Source of the DNA: an uncultured bacterium
GTDB taxonomy: Bacteria > Hydrothermota > Tepidihabitantia > SM23-42 > JAOAFX01
Direction: 5' to 3'
DNA: 64,000 nt
Assembly: GCA_964418185.1 (NCBI GenBank)
Contig: CAYQKL010000008.1
Location: forward strand, 3,704-67,703
The first letter of the stretch is position 1; each line of letters begins with the position of its first letter. The translations under genes were made by a program, and so were the position numbers. The notes beneath the pieces were generated by a model that was given only the letters and a program-made list of their open reading frames with translations, was not told where the DNA came from and did not search any database. Shown one piece after another: positions 49,333-58,911 of the stretch.

Positions 49333-50763
49333 ATGAATATTGAGACGATTACCATACTCACGGTCTTTGTCCCAATACTGGGTTCTCTTACCATCCCGAT
49401 TGCTGGTCTTATCTCAAAGCGTTTCAGGTCCATATGGTCTATTCTATTAGCCCTTGCAACTGCAATCCTTCCTTTATTATTATTACCATTTGCATTCAAT
49501 GGGGGACAGCATATCTTTGGCAGACCCCTTGTTATGGGTCTTGATTTTTATCTTGTGGTTGATGGTCTTTCGGTTTTTATGTCCATTGTCTCTTCTTTTA
49601 TTGGAATGCTTATCGTTGTCTATTCAATCGGATATGTGGCACATGATGAGAATCAGAATGAATACTATCTGATGGTTTTATTATTCATTGGTTCAATGAT
49701 GGGTCTGGTCTATTCAGCAAATCTGATATTTATGTATCTATTCTGGGAGATAACTGCTATATGTTCCTGGAGATTGGTCGGTTTTTACCGGGATAAGATT
49801 CATATCTTAAGGGCAGACAAGACATTTCTGGTGACATTTGGTGGTGCAGTCATTATGCTCTTTGGTTTTATTCAAATATTTAACCAGATCCAGAGTTTTA
49901 ATATAATGGACATCCGCGGAGCCCTGATTCCAGGTTCAGCGGTATTGTTGATATTGATTGGTATGTTTGCCAAGTCTGCAACCGTGCCTATCCAGACCTG
50001 GCTTCCTGATGCCGGTGTTGCGCCGAGCACGGTCACTGCATTATTACACGCTGCGGTATTAGTTAAGATTGGTGTCTATGCATACGCCCGAATCTTTGGC
50101 TACACCTTTGCGATCCCTGAGGGCTGGAAGATTGCAATCCCGATACTGGCAGTGATTTCCAGCCTTGTCGCAGCCGGTGCGGCAACGGTTGAGAATGACT
50201 TAAAGAGAATACTTGCCTATTCTACAGTGAGCCAGATTGGTTATATCTTCCTTGGTTTGAGTGTGCTTGAGCCCACGGCAATGAGTGGAGCAATTTTGTA
50301 TCTTTTGATGCATGGTCTTGCCAAGGCTGGACTGTTTTTGTGCGCAGGTATAATTGAGCATAATACCCATATTAAGGATATTACAAAACTTGGTGGTCTG
50401 ATAAAGACGATGCCTTTGACCGCAATCGCCTTTCTGATTTCCGCATTCTCTGTAATTGGAATTCCTCCATTGGGTGGTTTCTTCTCAAAGTTTTTGGTGA
50501 TTGTAGGGACAGTAAAATCCGGCAATCTCTGGCTTGCGGCAGTTGCATTGTTTACCGCAGTGATGACTGCATTCTATCTATTCAGGGTATTCAATATGGT
50601 GTTTCTTGGTGAGACAAAGATTTCAGCAAAAGAAGGGACGAATTCAATGGTCTTTGTGGTTGTGGTCTTAGCGATTCTCTCTATTGTCGCAGGTATTTTC
50701 ATTGCCTATCCAATGAAACTTGCGGATATCGCCACAACCCAGATATTGAGGTTAGGATTATGA
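49333..50763 (+). CDS. antiporter-like membrane subunit, NuoN/MrpD family
   Basis: The 476-aa protein has about 14 TM helices and a proton-pumping Mrp/Nuo fold. Its stop overlaps the next start (ATGA). Confidence 0.8.
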   Translation: MNIETITILTVFVPILGSLTIPIAGLISKRFRSIWSILLALATAILPLLLLPFAFNGGQHIFGRPLVMGLDFYLVVDGLSVFMSIVSSFIGMLIVVYSIGYVAHDENQNEYYLMVLLFIGSMMGLVYSANLIFMYLFWEITAICSWRLVGFYRDKIHILRADKTFLVTFGGAVIMLFGFIQIFNQIQSFNIMDIRGALIPGSAVLLILIGMFAKSATVPIQTWLPDAGVAPSTVTALLHAAVLVKIGVYAYARIFGYTFAIPEGWKIAIPILAVISSLVAAGAATVENDLKRILAYSTVSQIGYIFLGLSVLEPTAMSGAILYLLMHGLAKAGLFLCAGIIEHNTHIKDITKLGGLIKTMPLTAIAFLISAFSVIGIPPLGGFFSKFLVIVGTVKSGNLWLAAVALFTAVMTAFYLFRVFNMVFLGETKISAKEGTNSMVFVVVVLAILSIVAGIFIAYPMKLADIATTQILRLGL

Positions 50764-52634
50764 ATCCTGAGATTCTTTTAATCTCCATAATTTTGCCGTT
50801 GGTTGTTGCTGTAATTGCCATATTGATTCCGCGTTCAATCAGGGGCTTGCGCGAGTTTATTAGTGTGCTTGGTGGTGTAGTCCTCGTCTATATTGCCTGG
50901 CTCTTATTTGATTACAAGAATTTGACCTTAAATCTGCGCTGGTTTGATTGGCTCGGATTTGATTTGAGATTGTATCATTTCAATGCCTTTACCCTTTTAT
51001 GGATAAACATCTTTGGACTTTTAATCAGTTTATATTCCATTATCAAGATGGCAGGCCATCTTAGGGTTAAAGAATACTATTTCTATCTCTTTTTGACCAT
51101 CGCCTTTGCCAATGGTTCAATCCTTGCGGATAATTTTGTTGTTCTTCTGATGTTCTGGGAAGGGCTTTTACTCACACTCTATGGCTTTATCACCCTGGGG
51201 AATACAGAGAATACACAGCGCACTGCAACAAAGGCATTTATCATCAATGGCTTTTGTGATTTCTGTATGATATTCGGTATTGCCCTATTATGGTATCTCA
51301 CAGGCAAGGCAAGCCTTTCTGAGATTAGCCACGAGCCAGTAAGGGCAACAGGTTTATATTTACTGAGTTTTATAATGATAATGATTGGTGCACTGGGTAA
51401 GGGTGGTGCAATGCCATTCCATACCTGGATTCCAGATGCGGCAATTGATGCACCAGTGAGTTTTATGGCGTTTTTACCCGGTGCCCTGGAAAAACTCCTC
51501 GGGATATTCCTGCTGACCCGCATTTCAGTTGAACTCTTTGTAATAAAAGATACACCTGCCTCTATGATCCTTATGATTATCGGTTCAATCACAATCGTTC
51601 TTGCAGTCCTTATGGCACTCATTCAAAAGGACTATAAGAAACTATTATCATTCCATGCGATCAGCCAGTATGGTTATATGGTCCTGGGCATCGGCACTGC
51701 ATTGCCCATTGGTATCATCGGTGGCATATTCCATATGCTCAATAATGCAATATATAAATCAGGTCTGTTTATGATCGCAGGTGCAGTTGAACATCGCACG
51801 GGCACAACCGAGATGAAGAAACTCGGTGGACTAAAAGACGAGATGCCCATCACTGCAATCTGCTATCTCATCCTTGCTGCTGCAATCAGTGGAATCTGGC
51901 CCTTAAATGGTTTTGTCTCAAAAGAACTTGTAGTCCATAGTGCATATGAAACCGGATTTGTGATATTTGCGATCGCGGGTTGGGTCGGTGCAATCTTCAC
52001 TTTTCTATCCTTCTTAAAAGCCGGGCACTCAATCTTTTTAGGTCCGCGCAGCAAAGAACTACCAAAGATAAAAGAGGCAGAATCACCATTCTTGATTCCA
52101 ATGATTGTTCTCGCTGTGCTCTGCGTGGTATTTGGTATCTATAATTATATACCATTCAAATATTTCTTTGAACCGATACTTGAGATGCATCCTGAGGCAA
52201 TGGGCCACCATTATGAATTTTCTGCACATGCCCTTGATTTAATCAATCCAGTTGCTGCAGTATCAATATTTATGCTCCTTATCGGTCTTGTGATCCACCT
52301 TTATGGCTGGAACAAGGCTGAAAAGAGGGCATATATGGCATCTGAAGTTATACACAGATTACCAGTCTTGAGCACATTATATGATTGGTCTGAGGCAAGG
52401 TTCTTTGATATGTATGAACAGGGAATAAAGTTTTTAAGGGGTCTTGCCCATATACTTTATGTCGCAATTGATAGACCTATTGACTACTTCTATGAAAAGA
52501 CGGTTACGCTCACGGGACAGGCATTTACAAAGATTCTCCAGTATGCACACAATGGCCACTATGCGAACTATCTTGCCTGGTGTATTGCCGGACTTATTAT
52601 AATTGTCTATGTTATTTTATCAATTATAAGATGA
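50760..52634 (+). CDS. antiporter-like membrane subunit, NuoL/MrpA family (624 aa, long enough to include the C-terminal lateral helix extension)
   Basis: Motif ...WIPDA... The extended C-terminus is typical of NuoL. Confidence 0.8.
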   Translation: MNPEILLISIILPLVVAVIAILIPRSIRGLREFISVLGGVVLVYIAWLLFDYKNLTLNLRWFDWLGFDLRLYHFNAFTLLWINIFGLLISLYSIIKMAGHLRVKEYYFYLFLTIAFANGSILADNFVVLLMFWEGLLLTLYGFITLGNTENTQRTATKAFIINGFCDFCMIFGIALLWYLTGKASLSEISHEPVRATGLYLLSFIMIMIGALGKGGAMPFHTWIPDAAIDAPVSFMAFLPGALEKLLGIFLLTRISVELFVIKDTPASMILMIIGSITIVLAVLMALIQKDYKKLLSFHAISQYGYMVLGIGTALPIGIIGGIFHMLNNAIYKSGLFMIAGAVEHRTGTTEMKKLGGLKDEMPITAICYLILAAAISGIWPLNGFVSKELVVHSAYETGFVIFAIAGWVGAIFTFLSFLKAGHSIFLGPRSKELPKIKEAESPFLIPMIVLAVLCVVFGIYNYIPFKYFFEPILEMHPEAMGHHYEFSAHALDLINPVAAVSIFMLLIGLVIHLYGWNKAEKRAYMASEVIHRLPVLSTLYDWSEARFFDMYEQGIKFLRGLAHILYVAIDRPIDYFYEKTVTLTGQAFTKILQYAHNGHYANYLAWCIAGLIIIVYVILSIIR

Positions 52635-52643
52635 GGTGATTAA

Positions 52644-54125
52644 ATGGTCTCATTATTTATCTTAATACCCTTTGTCCTTGCCGCATTTCTGCCATTGATT
52701 GAGAAGTTCTCAAAGAGGTTCCTGCCTGATTTATTGACCAATCTCGGCATTCTATTTTTGTTGATTTATACAATGACTTATGGACAGCATATTGTAGCAT
52801 CAAAAGAAGGTATAAGACAACTCCAGTGGTTCAATGAGCAGTTGAATATTACATTTGCATTAGATGGATTCAGTCTGTTTATGCTCTTTGCAATATACCT
52901 TGTGAGTTTTGGCGTGACCCTCTTTTCCATTGATTATATGGAACATTATGGGAATAAGGGTATATTCTATGCCCTGTTTATGATTATGGTCGGTGGAATG
53001 TCCGGTCTGGTCCTTGCTACAGATTTATTTACAATCTATGTCTTCCTTGAGGTTGCAGCAATATCATCTTATGGTCTTGTTGCCTATGGGCTGAAACACG
53101 ATGAACTTGAGGCATCATTCAAGTATCTGATGCTTTCAGCAGTGGCAACTGCATTCTTGCTTTTAGGGATTATGTTTATATTTGGATTGAGTGGAAGCCT
53201 GAAATTAGGTGATATTGCAGATAGATTTGCCTCTGGTGAATATAGATTTGTCCTTGGTATCTGCACAGGATTCTTTATCTTTGGTTTTGGCTTAAAGGCG
53301 GCACTTGTGCCATTCCATTCCTGGCTTCCTGACGCCCATCCCAGTGCACCTGCGCCAATATCAGCAATGCTTTCTGGATTATTGATAAAGGTCTCGGGTG
53401 TTTATGCCCTGACAAGAATCTTCCTAAATGTCTTTGGTTTGAATCCGGCAATATCAAATGTGCTTATGTATCTTGGACTCATCTCAATCCTAATTGGTGC
53501 AATACTTGCCTTGGGCCAGAATGATATTAAACGTATGCTTGCGTATTCATCAATAAGCCAGGTCGGTTATATAATCCTTGGTTTTGGTGCAGGCACAAAT
53601 CTTGCAATAATGGGAGCGCTTTTTCATATTTTAAACCATGCCCTTGCCAAGGGACTGTTGTTCTTGAATTCAGGTTCTGTGGAGCATTCTACAGGCACAA
53701 GGGATCTGGATAAGATGGGTGGCCTTGGAAAGAGGATGCCGATAACTGCCGCGACGACTGTGGTCGGTTCTTTATCAGTTGCCGGTGTTCCACCTTTAAA
53801 TGGTTTCTGGAGCAAGTTATTTATTATTATCGGTTTATTACAGGCAAAGGCATATGTTTTTGCATTTGCCGCGGTCCTTGCAAGTATTATTACATTGTGG
53901 TATTATATCATTATCCAGCGACAAGCATTCTTCGGTAAACTAAAAGAGACATTACAGGATGTGAAGGAGGTTCCATTCTGGATGGCGGTATCTACGATAT
54001 TCATTGCCCTGGTCTGTATAATAATTGGTATTGGATTTCCTCTGGTCATCTCTAACTGGATTGAACCAGCGACAAAGGTTCTAAATGAAGGTATAAGTTT
54101 TGCAATGAAGTGGTTGAGGTTATAG
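52644..54125 (+). CDS. antiporter-like membrane subunit, NuoM/MrpD family
   Basis: The 493-aa protein carries ...LVPFHSWLPDAH... An AGGTGA SD lies upstream. Confidence 0.8.
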   Translation: MVSLFILIPFVLAAFLPLIEKFSKRFLPDLLTNLGILFLLIYTMTYGQHIVASKEGIRQLQWFNEQLNITFALDGFSLFMLFAIYLVSFGVTLFSIDYMEHYGNKGIFYALFMIMVGGMSGLVLATDLFTIYVFLEVAAISSYGLVAYGLKHDELEASFKYLMLSAVATAFLLLGIMFIFGLSGSLKLGDIADRFASGEYRFVLGICTGFFIFGFGLKAALVPFHSWLPDAHPSAPAPISAMLSGLLIKVSGVYALTRIFLNVFGLNPAISNVLMYLGLISILIGAILALGQNDIKRMLAYSSISQVGYIILGFGAGTNLAIMGALFHILNHALAKGLLFLNSGSVEHSTGTRDLDKMGGLGKRMPITAATTVVGSLSVAGVPPLNGFWSKLFIIIGLLQAKAYVFAFAAVLASIITLWYYIIIQRQAFFGKLKETLQDVKEVPFWMAVSTIFIALVCIIIGIGFPLVISNWIEPATKVLNEGISFAMKWLRL

Positions 54126-54132
54126 GAATATT

Positions 54133-54618
54133 ATGCAGACATTATATTTGATATCTATACTTGGATTGGTTGTCTTCTCAATCCTTGCAATTTTGATCAA
54201 GGATTTGCTCAAGGCGGCACTGAGCCTTATGGGTGCAAGTGTATTCCTGGCAATTATCTTCTTCTTTATGAAGGCTTATTATGCAGGTGTCTTTGAGATC
54301 TCTGTGGTTGCAGGTTTGATCACGGTCTTATTTGTATCAACCATAGGACTGATACGGAGCGATGATTTTAAAGAAAGCAAACTGCCGACAATTATCTTTC
54401 CATTGTTCTTTATCTGGTTTATTATTATTGATATTCTCATATTTGGTGCATTCATAAATAGATTTCCAGTGATGGGATATAAGGTTCCAGAGACCGGGGC
54501 TTTTGGTGAAATCTTCTGGCACAAGAGGACATTTGACCTTGTAGGACAGATTGGAATAATCTTTGCTGGAGTCTTCTCAGTCCTGGCATTATTCAGAAAG
54601 AGGGATAAAAATGGTTGA
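54133..54618 (+). CDS. small membrane subunit, NuoJ (ND6)-like or MrpB-like
   Basis: The 161-aa protein has 4-5 TM helices and an AYYAGVFEISVVAGLITVLFV segment resembling the NuoJ helix 3 region. Confidence 0.5.
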   Translation: MQTLYLISILGLVVFSILAILIKDLLKAALSLMGASVFLAIIFFFMKAYYAGVFEISVVAGLITVLFVSTIGLIRSDDFKESKLPTIIFPLFFIWFIIIDILIFGAFINRFPVMGYKVPETGAFGEIFWHKRTFDLVGQIGIIFAGVFSVLALFRKRDKNG

Positions 54619-54928
54619 TCTGGTAAGAGATTGGTATTTTAATCTTCTTATTTCTGGGATATTGATTATGCTCGGACTATACTGTCTGCTCTCAATGCGG
54701 AATCTGATTAAACTATTGATCGGGATTGAGATAATTGCCAAGGGTGTGCTGCTTGCTCTTGTTTCTGCAAGTTATGCCCGTGGTAATATCTTAACCGGTC
54801 AGAGCCTCGCAATTACCTTTATTGTGGTTGAGGTAAGTGTGATTGCAGTTGCCCTGGCACTGGTCATCAATCTCTTTCGCCATACCGGTAGTCTGGATGT
54901 GAAAAAATTGACAAAGTTGAAAGGATGA
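54611..54928 (+). CDS. NuoK (ND4L)/MrpC-like membrane subunit
   Basis: About 105 aa and three TM helices, with a conserved Glu in the helices (…GIEIIAKG…, …VVEVSVIAVAL…). The start is set at the ATG overlapping the preceding stop (ATGGTTGA). Confidence 0.65.
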   Translation: MVDLVRDWYFNLLISGILIMLGLYCLLSMRNLIKLLIGIEIIAKGVLLALVSASYARGNILTGQSLAITFIVVEVSVIAVALALVINLFRHTGSLDVKKLTKLKG

Positions 54929-55073
54929 TTATGAAAGAATGCAGGAAACGCAGTATCGTCACTAAGGACTTGCAGAAAATGTGTGATGCAAACAGAGTGA
55001 TACTGCAAATCCTGATATTCTGTATCGGGATGAGCCTGCGAGCGAAGCGATATTGCAAAAAGGTGGTTTTAGT

Positions 55074-55400
55074 ATGATTGATATTATTCTTTCTCCGCCA
55101 ATTGCATTTCTAATCTTTCTTGGAATATTCTATTTTATCTATTGGCTTGGCAGTCTTATGGCACCAAAATTAAAGAAGATTCCAGGCAAGGTAGCAACCT
55201 ATGCCTGCGGTGAAGACATTCCAGGCACAAAGGTCCAGTTTGGCTATCGTCTATTCTTCTATGTTGCCCTTTTCTTTACGATGATGCATGTGGCAACCTT
55301 AGTTGTGGCAACGATACCTGGTGGTACAGTAGTCCTTTTCGGTATATTCTATCTTGCAATGATATTCTTGTCGGTCATAGCATTAATAACAAGAGGATGA
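55074..55400 (+). CDS. NuoA (ND3)-like membrane subunit
   Basis: The protein carries YACGEDIPGTKVQFGYRLFFYVALFFTMMHVATL, which resembles the NuoA loop with Cys-Gly-Glu plus a helix. An RBS AAAGGTGG precedes the ATG at 55074. Confidence 0.6.
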   Translation: MIDIILSPPIAFLIFLGIFYFIYWLGSLMAPKLKKIPGKVATYACGEDIPGTKVQFGYRLFFYVALFFTMMHVATLVVATIPGGTVVLFGIFYLAMIFLSVIALITRG

Positions 55401-55497
55401 AGATGGAGCATTTTAAGAGAAACCAATCCTTCATATCTTCCTCTCCCTTGATGGGAGAGGGTAGGGGTGAGGGTGAGATATTTATAAGGGGTGAGAG

Positions 55498-55917
55498 ATG
55501 TTAAGCTGGCTTGTGCGCTGGTCAAGGATAAAATCGCCCTGGGTATTGCACCTTAATACCGGTGCCTGTAATGCCTGCGATATTGAGATTCTAGCTGCAC
55601 TTATGCCAAGATTTGACCTTGAGCGGTTTGGTGTTCTGTTAAAGGCAACACCAAGGCATGCGGATGTGATAGTGTGCACAGGACCCCTGACCAGGCAGTC
55701 AAAAGACCGGATGATTAGAATTTATGAGCAGGTTCCTGAACCGAAATTTGTTGTGGCAGTTGGTGCCTGTGCAATGAGTGGTTGTGTATATCGTGGTTGC
55801 TATAATATCATCGGTGGTGTTGACCAGGTTCTACCGGTTCATGCATATATACCCGGTTGTCCAGTGCGGCCGGACGCAGTCATTGACGGTGTTGTAAAGT
55901 TGCTGGGAACACTATGA
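55498..55917 (+). CDS. [NiFe] hydrogenase small subunit / NuoB homolog (N2-type [4Fe-4S])
   Basis: Four cluster-ligand cysteines are present: CNAC, GACAMSG and PGCP. Confidence 0.85.
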   Translation: MLSWLVRWSRIKSPWVLHLNTGACNACDIEILAALMPRFDLERFGVLLKATPRHADVIVCTGPLTRQSKDRMIRIYEQVPEPKFVVAVGACAMSGCVYRGCYNIIGGVDQVLPVHAYIPGCPVRPDAVIDGVVKLLGTL

Positions 55918-56090
55918 TTAAAGGCAATTGGGGGCAGTTGATGGCAAAAATCCCTATTAATCCCCCTTTTTTAAAGGGGGAAACAGGGGGATTTATAAAA
56001 GGAATAATGGAAGGCAACCCGGGGCAATTGAGGGATGTGGCGGTGCGATTCATCGCACAAATTTCTGGAATAGAGACTTTAGTCTCATAA
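55914..56090 (+). CDS. candidate 58-aa small ORF with an internal tandem repeat, translationally coupled (ATGA) to nuoB
   Basis: It translates as MIKGNWGQLMAKIPINPPFLKGETGGFIKGIMEGNPGQLRDVAVRFIAQISGIETLVS, with GNWGQL/GNPGQL repeats. It fills the 186-nt nuoB-nuoC gap and lies just under the 60-aa ORF-track cutoff. Confidence 0.25.
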   Translation: MIKGNWGQLMAKIPINPPFLKGETGGFIKGIMEGNPGQLRDVAVRFIAQISGIETLVS

Positions 56091-56103
56091 TATAGGAAAA
56101 GAT

Positions 56104-56574
56104 ATGAAAGAGATAGAGGTTGTTGAGAAAATAAAAGAAAATTTAAAACAAAAGGTTATTGAGATAACAAATCCTGCACCGAGAAGGATTTTCTTAAAAG
56201 TCGACAAGAATGACCTTGTTGAGGCGGTGCGGTTTTTAAAAGAAAGATTCAATTTTTATCATATTTCAACCATCAGTGGTGTAGATCTGGGTGAGAATTT
56301 TGAAATTCTCTATCACCTTGCAAATGAGAACTGTGTCTTGACTGTGCGGACACTCACCCCACGTAATGAACCAAAGGTGCCGACTATTACCGGTGTTATC
56401 CCTGGTGCTACACTCTATGAAAGGGAGATCCAGGATATGTTTGGAATAATTGTTGAAGGACATCCCAATCCTGTTAGATTGGTTCTTTCTGATGACTGGC
56501 CTGAAGGTGAATATCCTTTACGCAAAGACTGGAAATATGAAAGACCCGAAGAAAAAATCCCTGGAGGTAAATGA
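56104..56574 (+). CDS. NuoC (30 kDa)-like hydrogenase subunit
   Basis: The 156-aa protein has a NuoC/HycE-N-like fold. Its stop overlaps the next start. Confidence 0.8.
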   Translation: MKEIEVVEKIKENLKQKVIEITNPAPRRIFLKVDKNDLVEAVRFLKERFNFYHISTISGVDLGENFEILYHLANENCVLTVRTLTPRNEPKVPTITGVIPGATLYEREIQDMFGIIVEGHPNPVRLVLSDDWPEGEYPLRKDWKYERPEEKIPGGK

Positions 56575-57788
56575 TGGAGGCACAGGAATTTAAGGTTCCA
56601 ATTGGTCCACAGCATCCAGCATTAAAAGAGCCGATAAGTCTGCGCATGACCCTTGAGGGTGAGATAATAAAGGACGCAGACATAAGACTCGGTTATAATC
56701 ACCGGGGTATTGAGAAAATTGCTGAGACAAGAACCTATATCCAGAATATCTATCTGACCGAGCGGATCTGTGGTATCTGTTCCCATTCCCATACAACCTG
56801 TTTTGTCCAGGGTGTTGAAAAGTTGATGGAGATTGAGCCAGCAAAACGGGGTATATATATTAGAACGCTTGTCTGTGAACTTGAACGAATCCACAGCCAT
56901 TTACTCTGGCTTGGTGTGGCGGGTCATGAGGCAGGTTTTGATACATTCTTTATGTATACCTGGCGTGACCGTGAGTTGGTGATGGATATTTTAGAAATAA
57001 TTTCTGGCAACCGTGTCCATTATGCGATAAATACCTTTGGTGGTGTGCGCCGTGATCTTGATGAGTTGCAGATAAAGAGGTGTCTTGATTATCTTGAGAT
57101 CTTGAAGAAGCGGACCGAGTATTATGCAAATATTGGTACGAATGAGCCAACCTTCGTGGCGAGGCTTGCGGGTGTTGGTAAATTGCCAAAAGAAAAGGCA
57201 ATGGAACTCTGTGCAGTTGGACCAACATTGCGGGCATCTGATATTCCAAGGGATGTAAGAAAAGATGACCCACATGCTGCCTATGCTGAGATACCATTTG
57301 AGGTCTGCACTGCAGATACCTGTGATGTGCTGGGCAGGGTGATCGTGCGTGTCAAAGAATTGTTTGAGTCTTATAAGATGTGTGAGTATATCTTGAAGAA
57401 TTTACCACCCGGTGATATTAAAGTTAAGGTGCCGAGAAAGGTCAAGCCCGGTGAAGTTGTGAGTAAATACGAGGCGCCCAGGGGTGAGAATATTCATTAC
57501 ATAAAATCCAATGGCACGGACAAACCGGAGCGGTTAAAGGTGCGTGCACCCACCCTGGGCAACTATGCTGCAACGATATATATGTTAAAGAATGGTTTTA
57601 TTGCTGATATTCCATTGATATTTGCGGCGATTGACCCCTGTATCTGTTGTGCAGAGAGGGTTATACAACTTGTGGATGCAAAGACCAAAAAAGAGCGGAT
57701 AATGACGATGGCAGAATTGCGCCAAATTTCTATTGAATACTACAAGAAGATTGATTTGAGGAAAAGGGAAGTAGTATGGCCATTCTAA
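56571..57788 (+). CDS. group 4 [NiFe] hydrogenase large subunit (NuoD homolog that retains the NiFe-ligand cysteines)
   Basis: The N-terminal L1 motif is RICGICSHSH and the C-terminal L2 motif is DPCICCAER, both complete. The protein is 405 aa long. Confidence 0.85.
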   Translation: MMEAQEFKVPIGPQHPALKEPISLRMTLEGEIIKDADIRLGYNHRGIEKIAETRTYIQNIYLTERICGICSHSHTTCFVQGVEKLMEIEPAKRGIYIRTLVCELERIHSHLLWLGVAGHEAGFDTFFMYTWRDRELVMDILEIISGNRVHYAINTFGGVRRDLDELQIKRCLDYLEILKKRTEYYANIGTNEPTFVARLAGVGKLPKEKAMELCAVGPTLRASDIPRDVRKDDPHAAYAEIPFEVCTADTCDVLGRVIVRVKELFESYKMCEYILKNLPPGDIKVKVPRKVKPGEVVSKYEAPRGENIHYIKSNGTDKPERLKVRAPTLGNYAATIYMLKNGFIADIPLIFAAIDPCICCAERVIQLVDAKTKKERIMTMAELRQISIEYYKKIDLRKREVVWPF

Positions 57789-57932
57789 AGTATGGTCTTA
57801 TGTTATTAGGCATGGATGCCGGTATGTCCTCTGGGTTTGGTTTTATGGTAAAGGATACAATTAACTTGATACCAGTTACCAAACCAGCGGCTATGCCCTA
57901 TAACCAGAAACAATGCTTATCGGGGTGATTTT

Positions 57933-58901
57933 ATGGAAATCTTAAAGACCTTATTATACTTGTTTATTTATCCTGGTTTTCTCTTTCTCTTTTTATATTC
58001 TACATTCTGTGAATGGGTGGATAGAAAGTTCTATGCAAGGGTTCAGAACCGGATTGGTCCATTATATACAGGTCCGCGTGGAATGCTTCAGCCGGTTGCG
58101 GATTTTATTAAACTGATGGCAAAAGAGGATATAATTCCAGAAAAGGCAGACAAAGGGATGTTTTCAGCATTGCCTGTATTCTCCCTTGCGATTGTAGCAA
58201 CCGCAGCGATGTATCTGCCGGTCTGGCATTATGAAGCCTGGCCAACATTTAATTCGTTCCCGGGTGATTTGATCGTTGTCTTATTCTTATTGAGTTTACC
58301 CACCCTTGCCTTCTTCCTTGCGGGCTGGCATTCTACAAATCTCTTTTCAATCGTTGGTGGGGTGCGTGTCTTGACGATGTTATTTGGTTATGAGGTTCCG
58401 TTATTCCTTGCGGTCTTGAGTCCGGCAATACTTGCTGGCTCCTGGCGTCTTCTGGAAATTGTCCATTATTATCAACAGAATCCATTGTTGCTATTAGTAA
58501 ATATCATTGGATTCTTTGTTGCCCTTATCGCTCTTCAGGCAAAGCTTGAGCGTGTGCCATTTGATGTTCCCCATGCCGAGACTGAAATTGTTGGTGGCAC
58601 ATTTACAGAATATTCAGGTAAGAAACTTGCCTTCTTCAGGTTATTATCTGATATTGAGATGGTGGTTGGTGCTGGATTGATTGCCGCAGTATTTTTGGGT
58701 GGTTTCCCTGGTGGTTTGATTATGGGATTTATTCTCTTTATAATCAAGACCCTGATTGTGATACTACTCTTATCACTCATCCGTGCGCTCTGTGCGAGGA
58801 TTCGTATTGACCAGGTCGTCTCATTCTCCTGGCGTTATCTTGCTCCACTTGCAGTTTTGCAGTTATTGATTGTGATTATCGTCAAATATATAATTTTATA
58901 A
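57933..58901 (+). CDS. NuoH (ND1)-like membrane subunit
   Basis: The 322-aa protein has 8 TM helices, a ...RVQNRIGP... N-terminal motif and a ...PFDVPHAETEIVGG... loop. Confidence 0.85.
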   Translation: MEILKTLLYLFIYPGFLFLFLYSTFCEWVDRKFYARVQNRIGPLYTGPRGMLQPVADFIKLMAKEDIIPEKADKGMFSALPVFSLAIVATAAMYLPVWHYEAWPTFNSFPGDLIVVLFLLSLPTLAFFLAGWHSTNLFSIVGGVRVLTMLFGYEVPLFLAVLSPAILAGSWRLLEIVHYYQQNPLLLLVNIIGFFVALIALQAKLERVPFDVPHAETEIVGGTFTEYSGKKLAFFRLLSDIEMVVGAGLIAAVFLGGFPGGLIMGFILFIIKTLIVILLLSLIRALCARIRIDQVVSFSWRYLAPLAVLQLLIVIIVKYIIL

Positions 58902-58911
58902 GAGGAGAATT

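Noticed and set aside
55403-55504. A 33-codon ORF between nuoA and nuoB
   Set aside because: It is low-complexity (GEGRGEGE, encoded by GGT GAG repeats). It overlaps the nuoB start and coincides with a hairpin and SD-like repeats, so I treated it as a structural or translational element rather than a gene.
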